From Catajapyx aquilonaris (taxonomy: Eukaryota): 46,209 bases of DNA. Shown one piece after another: positions 24,261-36,985 of the stretch (position 1 is the first letter of the stretch; every line of letters begins with the position of its first letter). Location: positions 62,001-108,209 of the forward strand of contig KZ538435.1 of the NCBI GenBank assembly GCA_000934665.2, read 5' to 3'. The notes beneath the pieces are model-generated. The model had not been told where the DNA came from. It did not search any database and was given only the letters and a program-made list of their open reading frames with translations. Made by a program: the position numbers and the translations under genes.

Positions 24261-27200
24261 TTCCTCTTATACTCTACAAAATAAGCGGGAGAGGGAGAGG
24301 GAAAGGCAGGGAGGAAAAATATATATATTTCAAGAGCTCGCATCCAACCCAGATTTTCCATCCACACTCCGCACTGATGCTGAATTTTCCGCAACTTAAA
24401 AACTCCGCCTACTCGCCTTTTTTGTGATATTACTAAAAAATACACGAGTTTCACGTCATGAGAACTAGAATTCCGTTACATTTTACAGTCTACAGTGTGT
24501 ATAGCGTAAAAGGATATACGTATAAACATTTAGGGACGCTTTCTGAAGCCTTTTCGAGTGCTGTACCTCATGTTTAACTTATAGTAAAAGTTATTGCTAC
24601 AGTGTGTGGTTGTCAGGTTTCCTTTGTTTACTGAGATGAGTCGTAAAATTACCATCTGTTTGACAAGTTATGAGGATTCCAAAAGTTTCGCATGAACGTG
24701 AGGTTCCTTCATGGAAACGACTTGAGACGCCCTACATATTATTCTTTTACAAGCTCTCACATATAGTTCGGATATCATATATATCTTCAGCCACACACTC
24801 TGTCACATACTCGTAGAGGATTGAAGTGAAAGCTACCGTAGGTGCTACACTTTGCGCAGAAAATTATTATGAAAATATAACTGATATGACATTGTAATAT
24901 ACCGTATATTCTAAACACGTCATTCAATAATAATGCAGTAACTTAATTAATGGGTTAGACATACCCCACTGCCTCTGCATTGTACAGTACGCTTACGAGT
25001 GAGTTCCAATTTTATCATGACACATTCAGATATCAAACGTAATAATAGTCTATAAGAAACGTATTTCCTCAATCTGCATTAATAAATCTTATTACGAGTG
25101 ATTAAATTTTGAACTTTAAATATTCAAATCGCCACCTTATAATAGTAGAAGCTTGAGTAGAAGTATACCTGCTGGGCCATCATAAAATTAATATGCAACA
25201 GTGTTCCCGATGGAAGACAGAAATCGAATCTTGATTAATAAATCTGGTTGACAAAGGCATCCTCGTCGCCTCTTCTGCCGACTTCTACCGCCGACATCTC
25301 CATACTTATTAATTGCGCGGTTTGAAGTGCAAATGACATATACTGTATCCGGCGCAATCACCGTGCTCCTCTGGCCGCCGCCCTGCCTGCTACGTGGTAT
25401 CTTTGACAAAGTTAAGGGGGCTTTTATAAGAAAACTTTGCTCTACTTCCTTGCAAAAACAAGTGCAATTCGCTTCAAGGAGGAAATTGGAAACGACTCTG
25501 TGGCAAGCGATGCGTGAAGACAGCCACCGAGTCAGCAATCATATTATAAGAAATTTTTGCGGGTACATGCTCATTATTTTGACAAGCACAATGAAAGTTA
25601 GCGTGTCTGTCAAAGCCAACAGCTTCTGATTCAAACAGACACTGTAAATGCCATCAGATTTTTCCTACTGCATAATGATGGTGTTGGTAAATGCAATATA
25701 TATATTGTAATACTCGGATCAGATTTTCTCTGAGTGAAGTTCTGTAAACATGAACTTAGAATGTGTACCACCTTGCTGTATTCATCATTGCAGGAAGAAT
25801 ATCCCTGCATTCCCCTTAGGTGGTTGGCAGAGTATATGGGCGACCCCTATTCTCATATTGATTCAACAATAAAATATTATCCACGATGCGTTTTTAGGCA
25901 TGCAATTTACCTTTAATACCTACTACGGCATCTAGTTTCACCCAATTACCGGTAAAATAAGACGAGGGTTTAATTGAAGATATGGGGCACCCATTTTCAA
26001 GTTTCACTCATCTTTTATAAAATTGGGCTGGCGTCGTTGCACTCTACCAACCGGTAATTGGCAATTTTGCTTCACTTTCGTCCCTAAGAGCAATTACAAC
26101 CGTATTATCCTCTTTTAATGAGCCGAACGAGTACTTTTGAGTGAGTGCTTGTGCGACCTATAGTGGAGTAGCTTAATAATTATCTGGCATATATAGGCAT
26201 TGTGGCAATATACACCTCCAAACATATTCCCCCCATAATCTGCAGTTGGCTTCCCACTCATACAAGTGGGATTTTCGGATTAAGGAAGTAAGGCGGAACT
26301 GCCAACTCAGTTTTCCAATTGTAGCGTAATTTAAAAGTCACAAGCAAGTGGTCGATGCGATACAAGGTGAGCCCCCTCGCTTTGAAGTTCTCCTCGAATC
26401 TCCTTGATGAATTGCATTCTCTTTGATCAGGGCTGCGCAAAAAGCTGATGCAAGTTCAATTTAATGAATCCCATCTGCAATCCGAGTTCGTAACCCTCCT
26501 CATGTCTGAATGCGCACCAAGATACGCCGCTCGCATTGTTGATAATTTATATTGTTTGGCATGGCTCCAAGGAAGCCGAAACTTTTACCCGACGTGACGC
26601 TCTACGTACGGTAGTAATGTAGGTACGCGTCTCGTGACTAGGGCCTAAATACGCCTTTTCCAGTACTTTACTTCAGAGAATAATAGGCTAAAATATTGCC
26701 TGCTCTCCTATTGTTAGCTTACACGGATGATGAGTAAAAAATCTTTTATTTTTTGCACAATCTTGTTGAACATGCAATCCTATTGTCTAAATTCAAAGCG
26801 TCTCAGGTGTTCATTTTGGTAATGAGCTTGCAGGTATAGTTTCAAGTATAATGTACTTTCAAATGTAGAGACGTCAACCGATAACAATCTGGTATCCTTA
26901 TGGAAAGTTCCACTACAATATTGTACGGCTGTGTAAGATATCAGCAGACTTCCTTGTTCCTGGAGGCAGGCAGACTTAATTATTGCGATTTTCCCTAAGA
27001 AATCCTTCATTTCAAAGCACGTTCTTCCCCTTGCTTATCGAGTAGCGACAAATTAAGTTCAAAATTAAATTTCAACTTTCATCGATCGAATCAGAGATGA
27101 AGTGAGGCAGACAAGAATCTCAACCCGCCAACTGCACTTTTTTTAAACGAAGAAAAGTTAAACACTGAACATGATTTGGGTTAGCCATCTACAGTATGTA

Positions 27201-28079
27201 CTCTCAGCCATATTATGACTGGGGACACTTGTAATGTCACATATCCTGTGAGTGCCACTACTTGCGGCATACTCTTCCCTTGCCACATGTATAGGCATGT
27301 ATTGCAAGTAGTGGCCCTCTCAGGATATGTAAAAATAACAAGTGTCCGTAGTCATATTTGGTTGTCTCAAATATGTACTCTTTCGTACTCAGGCCTATAT
27401 AAAATAGGCAATGAAATCTGATAGAGACTAGAGAGTGTCTCAGTTTTTCCGTTTCATGCAGACTTATCACATAGTTTCAGGCTTTTGATTATCATTCTGT
27501 CGTGTAAATGCAGCCAAAGCCGTAATGCAGGGGTAGATTTAAGGTTTCACCCACTCTTTTAACCTTCCCACCATCTCCAACCCCCATCGTCGAAGTAGCG
27601 TGGGCTGAAGATCTGAATGCAGAATCTGAGGGTGGAACAAACCGGTGTCAAATGAAGGCCATTATTTTTTATGAGACACTAAGAATTCCAGTGGCGGCTG
27701 CTGCCTTAAAATGTCTGTGGGACTGGAGATCGATGTGGAACTATTGACAGCATCGCATCACTTCTTGTGTGTTCCAAAGTTTTATACAAATATATTTCCA
27801 TTTGGAATGTGAACTATTTGTGTTGATGTATGGAATATTCATTGTAAATAATATGGAACGTGTTGCAAAAGAGAAGGTGAGTTACAAGATCACTGGTATT
27901 CAGTAATGTCGTGACCCGGCCGAGAACAGAAAATATTACTTTTCATTCATTTGAATGAAGTTTATCAGTCAAACCTCATTGTTATACGGTACTACAATTT
28001 TTAAGATCGTTTAAAATCATGCTCTGCCATATCGCTTAACACCCCCGGTGTAGGTCAGGTAATGTAAGTAAAAAAAGTT

Positions 28080-28216
28080 TCCAAAAAGTTTTCATGGTGC
28101 CATACAACCATCAGCATTCGGGCTGGATGCAAGTTTTTCTCCCATAACTTTTACTTTGCTCTAGGGCTTATGGTTGTAGAGGGCCAAGATAAAAAAATGT
28201 GCCTAAACTTTTTGGA
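28080..28216. repeat. Degenerate inverted repeat (probable old MITE fragment)
   Basis: TCCAAAAAGTTT (28080) / AAACTTTTTGGA (28205) and inner TACAACCATCAGC / GCTTATGGTTGTA. Confidence 0.5.
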
Positions 28217-28319
28217 GTATAATAATAATGGTTACCCCCTGATAGCCATATTAGGGGATCCTATATTTTAAACGATATTAAAGTTCAAACTTATTAATTC
28301 AGACCTCAATGATGATGAA

Positions 28320-28500
28320 TTTTTATTGCCGGAGGCAAATGAAGAACACCGAACAAACCCATGCGAATACAGAGAGAACCTATTCTATTAAAACACTTTC
28401 CACCTGAGAAATGAGAAAATTCTCCCCCGGATTCAGGAATGGATCTCGGGCCTCAAATGTGGAAAGATGTAGCACGACCTACTACACCCCAGTACCTCCC
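28320..28500 (-). mobile_element. Old SINE remnant with V/Meta-like central domain
   Basis: Reverse complement gives a decayed tRNA-like head followed by GGTTCTCTCTGTATTCGCATGGGTTTGTTCGGTGTTCTTCATTTGCCTCC, resembling the V-SINE core GTTCTCCCCGTGTCTGCGTGGGTTTCCTCCGGGTGCTCCGGTTTCCTCC (recalled consensus). Confidence 0.45.
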
Positions 28501-29483
28501 GATTTGAAATATACTTGTATGCTGTATTGTATTCTCGAGCATGATCGCTCCTCTGCACTGGTTTTCAATTTGTCTTTTATGACGAGCGATGATAGTATTC
28601 ACAGTGAAGCCCCATTGAAATACTAACATTTGGTGCAAATTGTAGTGAACTGACCACGTTATGCGTGGTTTCAGCCACACTGTTTAGCCAACAGTATGAA
28701 ATCCGGCCAACCCCCCTAAAAGTTATACCTTCCTTTCTTCAAAAAGTCCATTTTCATGGCAGGAAAACCCAAAAGTAGCGCGTGGCTTTGCAGTAGAGTC
28801 TGGTCCAGCATGGTACTGGTGATGATTTCAAAATCCGAAAGTGATCGTTACACATTTTATGGTGTATCCCTTAGGTGCATGAGGCAGTCGCAGAGACGAT
28901 GAAAATGTCGTACGCTCTGTCCGCGACACAGGAGATAGTACAGTTCACTACACTTATTATCTTAATAACGACGCTGTTCAGGCAAAATGAATCCTCTACA
29001 TAAAAAATTGTCCTTTAGCTCCCAGAAGTTTGTCTTAATCAATATGCCTCGTCGTGTATTGGTTTGTCATAGTTACGCTGGGTAATTTAAAAATTGCCCA
29101 AAACTAATTGTTTACGAGAGTAAAGTATTATTATATTGGTGAATAATTATCATCATTATCAACAGCAACATTCTAACTAGCATGCTGCAGAGAGAGCTGA
29201 AGATATTTTTCGTGCATTTTTAAAACCTTGATTATGACTTCTCCATGTGCACCACATCCAGCAAGGCCTAACATTAATGGTACTTCCATTTCTAAAGCTC
29301 GCCAAGTGTTTCTGACAACACTGTTGGAGTGATCATTCCGGTGACTTATTCAATCTCCTCTTTTAACCAATTCAGAGTGCATCATTTGGTGGAGCACATC
29401 CTGACGAAACTGAGCGGGGGAGTCCGAAAGTGAACGTGCGGATTGTATACCCATGCAAGTTCATATCATTGGGCCATTCTTCT

Positions 29484-30000
29484 TGGTGACGAGTCAGTCA
29501 GTTAGGGGCCGTATGCTGCAACAGTTGGTGCTGAGACTACAGCTGGAACAACAGCAATTGATGCACACGATTATGCAACAGTTTGACACTCCCAGCTTTG
29601 CACCTCCTCTGATGTGTGTGAATTCTTGAATTATATTCAGCCTGCGTAGAAGTGTTGCGGTAAAGGAATTTGCCAGGTGCACTTTTCCACTGTGCCTCAT
29701 TTTGATTGAAAAGAATATTTCATCATCACAATGGGGAACTAGCCTTCATTTTGGAAACTACATAATAAATTCGCCCATATTTTTTTGGATTTTTTTTGGC
29801 ATATTCCGTTTTAGGATATCAGTTCCCGTTCCGGAGTAATTGGGGTTTTTCTTGAGAAAAACTGTCCACCGTCGAAGCATTGCATTGGTGGATTTGGAAT
29901 TGAACTCTCCCGGGATGCAATAATTCGACCACGTGAATGATAATATATGGTAGTGCAGCTGAGCAGTTCGCAACAGAATCGCTGCAAGGTCGTGTGGCGT
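29484..30000 (+). pseudogene. Possible internally deleted gypsy LTR-retrotransposon remnant (PBS + gag start)
   Basis: PBS-like TGGTGACGAG at 29484 is followed ~20 nt later by MLQQLVLRLQLEQQQLMHTIMQQFDTPSFAP, a Q-rich gag-like N-terminus. Weak integrase-tail similarity near 29900. No LTR pair identified. Confidence 0.3.
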
Positions 30001-31843
30001 CCTACAAAACGATGAAACATGGTGGAACTACTGCTATCCGCAGACACTTGGGACATGGCCCACTTTACGCATGACCTGACACCGAATTCATAAATCATGT
30101 TAAAAGCGTGGCAGCGGGAGGTGAAGCAAGCGTAAGAAAACCAGCCTTGTGCGACACAATGCTTCCTTCGTCTTATTCACTGCTTCCCTTTATCCCACGC
30201 TTATTGTTACCTCTAGATACTGACGTGCTCTTCATAGTGACGAAACATTGTGGGTTATTATCCTGGATTAATTTAACACAAACAGGTCCACGAAACGTTT
30301 CGGGGTGAATTAATGGCGTTTTATGCTGTAGCTATATTACTTTACATGGACGTGAACCAATAAAATGTTGATATGATTTTAGTAACAGTAAAGTTAACCG
30401 TTATTCATGATCAACAGTTTTTAGTAATTTACCTGTACAACATATAGGCCAACTTGATGTGACTGTTGACTATGCTGAGCGGTTAGGTATGCCATACTTT
30501 TAACTGAAAACTATTTGATTTTGCTTGGGCACTTTCAGTTATACTGTATAGACCTACAGGGTGATCCAAAATGATTGTCCGACTGTTATGGCTAGTTGTT
30601 GGCATTTAGCTGCTTTTTAACAGCTGCTATTTTCGGCCACACCTGGGAATAATTGGACACCTTATTGGGGCGCATAAATCTAAATAAAAATAACAACTAC
30701 GGACGAAAGCGATAACTAAAAAGACCTTAAGACTTGAAACACTCCATTCAAAGCTACATGCTAAATGAATTACTAGAGTATTTACGGATGTCATGCTATG
30801 GTTTCTCGATGTTCTTCCGTTCTACATAATTACAAATATATTTTCTATTGCAAAGCTATAGATTTTCTCAACACTCAAGGATCAAGAATGAATATTTGTA
30901 ACCATTGCTCCCATTAGGCAAAAATCTTGAGTCTACAGGAAGATTTGTAAACTATACTGTATATGTATACAGTAGGCCTACCTTTCAAATGTAAATAGCC
31001 TCGTAGCCATCTCATTTCCCATTCTTACTCTGTCCCACACGGTGCCACCATTAAAAAGACGCACACTATACTGGAAGTCCTAACGTGAAAGTTGATTCTG
31101 TTGCGGAGTTTTCATAATGTTTCACTCTTTAGTGGCAAATTATCTCATTTAAACATATAGGCCTACCATGTGGACCAACGGAATATTGCAATAATTCCAA
31201 AGTCAGGTAAGCCCATCCATATTGGAGACAGGCAGAAAATTATCCACCTATGGAGCCTCTCCCAGGAAGTTACACAATTCCAATTGATCATTTCGCATTA
31301 GTACTTGTGAATTGATCTCAATTTGTAAGGACGTGATCAGTGGAGCCTAACAATGATTCCTCTTTTTTGTCTGAACTGCACTTTTCGTTTGATGCAGCTT
31401 TGCATTTTATTTCCATCCAGCTTCGACTTTTTCCGGCTCCAGTGGCAGATGTTGGGTGAATGTTTCACAGTCAACTAGAATTGGAATCTCCGCTATAGAA
31501 TGGCCCATAAATCGGGACTTCCACAAATGGACGACAAGACTGGTGTCGCAGGTTAGGTGGGCCTCCCTCTAGAATATTTTTGGCTGGCCAGCCCGCTTCT
31601 ATAGATGTTTAGACCGCCGAACAAAAAAACCTTCAAAAAGCAACTTCATTCCCTCCATACATCTATACCAAACTAAATGCCACGGACATGTGTAAGCAGA
31701 ATAGAAATCTTTTTCTAAGTGATATACTGTAAGGATACAGTATTTCCTGTCATCTGCTTTTCTTAGTGAAATGAAGATTATGTCAACGCATATAGTGGTG
31801 CGAATAATATAAACGTGACCCAACGCGATGGTTCACTTCTATA

Positions 31844-32204
31844 TTATTTTATTTAGTTTTATTTATTTTACCCCGTGATACACAACTATAAGCCGTTATA
31901 GAGGGGTGGCACACTACCATCAGTTTTCTAGTGTTTGTAACTTTTCTTCTCTCACCTGTGCAAGGAAACAAGGACATAGGGTAAGGATAGTGATTTTTTT
32001 GGGAGGCAACATGGGTGCAAGTGCAATGTCATAAACTGGGTCATGTGCTGTTCCCCAGGAGGTTAGGTTGCCAGACACCTCCAAGGCGCGGGTAAGAGAC
32101 CTTCCTGACGCAGGTGAAAGGGAACTCCCAGGCGGGGATCGAACCTGGGACCTTTCACTCATCAGCAAGCCGAGACGTTACCATCTCGGCCACCACACCT
32201 CCCC
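31844..32204 (-). mobile_element. tRNA-derived SINE, family C, copy 3
   Basis: Reverse complement of the 9568/11573 family over the full length, with a (TAAAA)n-type tail. TSD TTCA(C/G)TTCTATA at 31832-31843 and 32208-32219. Confidence 0.95.
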
Positions 32205-34350
32205 TACTTCAGTTCTATAGTGTATTTTGTGGTTTATAACGAGTGTATTGAGGAGGTGAAGTGACGCAGCAGAACTCAGATATTCCTGTACAAAATATTA
32301 GCTTTCATAGTATGTGACATGCGATGCTACAGGAAACAATGCTGACTGAGGTGTTCCTTCAAGGCTGCTAACTCAGATTATGCTGTACTGTGTATGTGTA
32401 CCTATTTCACATTCCTTTGAGAGGCGCACTTTTATTTCTTAGCTGTGTTCTCCTTCCTACGGATGACGATTTAAACTGCTGTATCCGACTTCGTGTCATG
32501 CTTTTCAATTCGAGTCAAACAGGCTCTAAAAGGCATTTTGTTCCTTCCTGATGGCTGTAAGAGTGAGGAGAAACGGCCTAGCCCAGCGTTTTACACCTCG
32601 AGTGCAACAATGTTCCTATGAGCTCCATATCTCATTGTTGACTAAAATGTTTCCAGTAAGCAGCCAACCTTGCGACGTTCCTCCAAATTTTAGTTAACGA
32701 CAATGTTCGAAAAAAGGGAGTTTCAAACCGCGACGAATCCTCGCATGAAACGCATCTGCCCCATTTCTTGCCTTAATTGTACCTTGGTGTGCAGTATAAT
32801 CACCTTCGGGACCTACTATTCCCTCCTCAACTACTCTATAAGAATCTCTAAGAGGAAAGAGCAATGAATCTTGTACGATCCCGCTTTATATCCACGTGTA
32901 AACGTGAAATTTCGCCTGGATCTATATTTACTTTGGAGTTCCTCCCGCGCCATAACTCTTTCCATCATTAATGCCCACTAATACTGTACCACTCGTACCT
33001 TCTACTTGGGGTCCAAAAAGTGTGTCAATCGACAATGTACGCTATTTTATGCTGCAAATAAATCACAGGTTGATTCGTATGTTAATCCGGGACGTTCCGC
33101 GTTTAGAGCTAGACCCGCAGGATAATAGCGGATAGGATCATTTGCTTTGCAGCAGCGTAAATCAAATTTGTATAACAATTTGTATCGCATACCAGATCTA
33201 AATCGTGGCTAATTGATTCTCTCAGAATCGTTTAGGGTTCAAATTAATCCTGTTTATCGATATTGATTTCCAGTTAACCCATTGACGAGGCACGTGGAGC
33301 GGAATGTGAAAAGGCCTATGGAGTTCCCAATTGCACCCGTTCAGGGACTTTATACAATGTTGTGTCGCATTCCTCACTAATGGGTCAATCATTATTGCAA
33401 ATCAATCAATTTGGAAACTGGATTAACTTTGCACTAAAAATCTAGATGATTATGCGCCATTAATGAATTCATCAGCTCTCGGAACCAACAATATGCATAT
33501 TCTGCATTCATATTATTTTGTTGTTGGACTGCGTGCATCCTAGTATAGGAGGGCATTCATGAACTCCGCTGTTCATTCAAATCTTATTCATTGTGAGTAT
33601 AGGTCTACTTAGAATAAGAAATCATCGTTGTGGAGGTCAACATATATCGCTCTTTGTGTGGACCTGACACAATATCATTATTTGCTTTTATGATATGCAT
33701 AAATCTTTTTATCTGAAGTAACAAATGATTTCAGTATCTCATAAAGTGAAATCATGATCGCGATAATAATTGCTGAAAGTGAATATCCAACCTTTGATTT
33801 TACTCGTAATCGCGTAGCTATGTGTAAAGAAATGTCAGTTTCTGAAGACTGCCATCATAATTATGTGCTTTTTACCGGAGAATTAATGTACCGCTAATTA
33901 TTATTATAACAGCAGAAAATGCGCCTATAGACATATTTAAAATACTGCAGCTGTGCAGGGCAGCAGAGGTAAACAATATAGGCTAGTATCGTGATGCTAA
34001 TGTCGTTTGAACTTGTTAATGAGGTATAGTATGTTCATGTCAGTGAACGAAGCCACTAACAAGCCCAAATTTTTTCTAAGACCGGCGTTTCTGATTGCTG
34101 AAATGACATGCACCAATTATTGCAAAATAATTACCTTCCAAAGTACATTCACCTTTTCTGAGCTCTGATGTAATGATGTGTCTTATAAACCAATTTGACC
34201 CAATTAAGCTACTTTCTCTGGGACTTCTCAACTTTTTTTTCGATGTAACTACAGCATAAAAAGTCTGACATTACTATAGCCTATACCCTCACTCGCTTTA
34301 GCTGGCCTATAACCTTCACGCTTCTCGCTTCATTTGCCACTTGCAAAGTG

Positions 34351-34706
34351 GTCCACAGCCAAGGATTGACTTTCTCGCTGCTGCATAATTATGCAAAGTG
34401 AAATTTAGTGTATTTACTTGAGGAACGCACAAGGAGTCTACACACAGCAGTCTTAACGGATCAATTGCCTGGGATCACCCATCTTCAGCAATTCACTCTA
34501 ACACTGCATATACTATATTGATGAATGTCTGGATGGGTTGACATGTATCGTATTGTTTAGAGAAACCAAGCGTGATATAATCCACCACAAGCTGTGTTTC
34601 GCTGCCCTCGTCTCATCGATATCGATCTAGGTGTGGTATCCTGAAATGAACTATTCATGAAGAACAGATCCATAACATTTCCACGCATTGCCCGTTCACT
34701 CACTTG
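34351..34706 (-). pseudogene. LINE (CR1/L2/Jockey-group) ORF2 fragment: end of apurinic endonuclease domain and linker
   Basis: Minus strand QVSERAMRGNVMDLFFMN (cf. QxVxEPTRGxNILDLxxTN), GSETQLVV (ISDH position), CVDSLCVP (cf. IDKYIP), NPWL (cf. KPWI), in the expected order. Confidence 0.5.
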
Positions 34707-35969
34707 AATGAGGCTTTACCCATTTTCCCTTGCTGATGATTCACTGGAGGAAATTGATACCGGTAACGCCAATCGATATGCATCTGCCCTAGTACCTGTT
34801 CTCCTAAAAGGGGCAAGCGATATATGATGACAGCTAAGGCATATGCCTCACCGGCTCAGTTGATTAATTTAGATGTACTGTATAAGCTCACCTATCTAAC
34901 AGTACTCCATTCATATCATTTCCCGTGTATGAAGACATGTTACACAACTTCGCAGGGTGCAAACCAAGTCGAAGTCGAATGATATTTACCACAATATTGT
35001 CGCTGCTATGTGTGAAGACCCCAGCCCTCTTATGCCCTCTCTCCCCTTGCTCTTTCCCTTTAACCATTGAACAAAATATTGTTCAGCTCGAAAGTTAGAA
35101 GCGGTGAGAAGTCAGTGCCTCCATAGGTTTTATTTACTTGTCAATAAGGCTACGGCAGGCAATTAAAATTAGATTAGTTTGTTGGAGCCATGCCCACATG
35201 ATGCAATCAGAAGAGTGTGGAAAGCACCGAATCAACAAACATTGTTCTGGAAAAAGCTTACTACATTTCTCGTACCAAGTAGGTCTAGTTTTGTGCAGAA
35301 CTTTGGAAAAACTATGCCAATATTCACTTCATGTTGCCATAATGTTGCTAATTAAATTATGTTTCAGTCTGGACAATAATTCGACAATAATTTGTAATAA
35401 TCCTTGCTGGTAAATATGAAGGTGTAAGTAACACGTATAGTGGCAAGGTGTTCATGGTGTTCCAACTGAAATGAACTTAGTGGTTGGCGATATTTTTGGC
35501 ACTCAGTTGCTTATTATTAAGCAGTTACTTTAGAAGCTATCAAAAACTAAGGAAAACATAATTATCAGAGACCCTGGTTCACTGCCTCGGAGAGGTTTTT
35601 TTTGTCCGGAAATAAAGAGAAAATAGTCAGACAAAAGTATGTTTTTGTTTCCAAGCTAGCCAAGGGAGTTTCCCCTCAGAAACCATATACAAGCGCAAGG
35701 CTACGCTATATATTTTTCTATACCTGGCGAAGCCACCTAAAAAGCCGTAAAAAGCAGTGCTCGCCATTCAATCCCCTCTCCGCTTACTGGCTTCATAATT
35801 CGCAATATTCAGCCTGCAGGACCATATACAAACTCTCTTTCCCTGTGCTCTGACCAGGGGAGTGAGGAGCCCCAAGACTTAAAAGTGTGCTTTTCATTTT
35901 TTTAAATACACTTTTAACCCCTTTCCACCGATATTTTACCATAAGCATTTTCCACATGGCCAATCTTAC

Positions 35970-36135
35970 TGTCAGTGAGTGGGCATTTATGTTGAAAATC
36001 ACACATCCTACCCTTTCCCTTGCAATTCGTGGATTTCTGGTGGCACTTTTCTATTTTGACTATTCTTTACCAGTTACTCCTATTTCTCGATATACACTCC
36101 TCTCAGAATGGCGACATTATACTTCCAATTTGTTA
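35970..36135 (-). pseudogene. Possible LINE endonuclease fragment
   Basis: QIGSIMSP (cf. IGSIYSPP) followed ~40 codons later by CDF/INAHS (cf. GDFNAHS). Frameshifted. Confidence 0.3.
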
Positions 36136-36881
36136 TTAGAAGATTATATTTCTGATAACCTTTAAATAGAAATGTTCCAAAGTACGGTACAGTAATTGTT
36201 TGAAAATAAGCAGCTTAGTACCAAAAAATGGCTAACCTGTAAGGGCATATCAATATTGGAACACCTCCATAAACTAAATGTCGCTAAACACATTTGAATA
36301 GTTCAGTAACAGAGGAACTCTTGCTTACTCTACTGAGTCATGTTGGCACCCTGGCTGAGAGTCCCGCATATTCCTTCCACGCATGAAGTTCATGACGTCC
36401 TCTAAATGATGTGTAGTTCCATGAAAGTTAATTGATAAACCATATTAGGTGTAACTTATTGTTTTAAAGTAAACGCATAATGATTACTTTGATATGAAAA
36501 TATTTTCCAACTGGTGCCCAATAGGGCTTGTCCTTTTGGAACTCCCTGAATACATTTTAAGTACACGTAGGAGATAAGAATCTCGTTCTCTCTGTCACTG
36601 GCAGTCCGCTTTTTGTAACATTGTGGCTGAGCGTAAATCCATGCAATATTTTCACATTGTTTAATCCTACAAAAAAAAGTAATTATACCCTGCAAGCTAA
36701 TGCACAAAATTGAGGAGCGCGGCTCTCCGCCAAATTGGGAAAGCGCCAGAGATCGAAACTGAGTTTACATTGCTGATAGGTATAAAAAATAATAATAAAC
36801 GCTGCAAAGCGTCAATTTTATCGAGTAGCCTGTGCCGGCTGTTTACGTTTGACAACAATGGTGCAGGTCGTACTTGCCTAC

Positions 36882-36985
36882 TTGGCATCGAAGTGGTTCA
36901 GATTGGTATCCCTATACCTTAGTCTGCGCACCTCCTCCAGGCTTAGTTCTCCAGATTTATACTTGTTATACACAGTTTCTCTCAT
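36882..36985 (-). CDS. Putative isolated internal exon of a host gene (product not recognised): MRETVYNKYKSGELSLEEVRRLRYRDTNLNHFDA
   Basis: Pyrimidine-rich acceptor ctcttctcgcctcag| upstream and donor |gtaggc downstream. Open, protein-like 104-nt frame (phase 0 to phase 2) within ORF 36878..37198, whose stop falls just inside the predicted intron. An alternative upstream acceptor exists at 37081 (atccag|GTG). Confidence 0.5.

Noticed and set aside
26334..26367. KSHKQVVDAIQ, PDZ helix-like peptide before a GTGAG donor
   Set aside because: In-frame stop immediately upstream and no other PDZ elements.
30557..30663. Tiny Tc1-like MITE (TA|CAGGGTGATCCAAAAT ... AATTGGACACCTTA)
   Set aside because: The right end is too degenerate to support as a feature.
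27689..31600. Possible large hAT element (CAGTGGCGGCTG left end; GGCCAGCCCGCTTCTA right end)
   Set aside because: Ends match weakly, no 8-bp TSD and no transposase remnant recognised.
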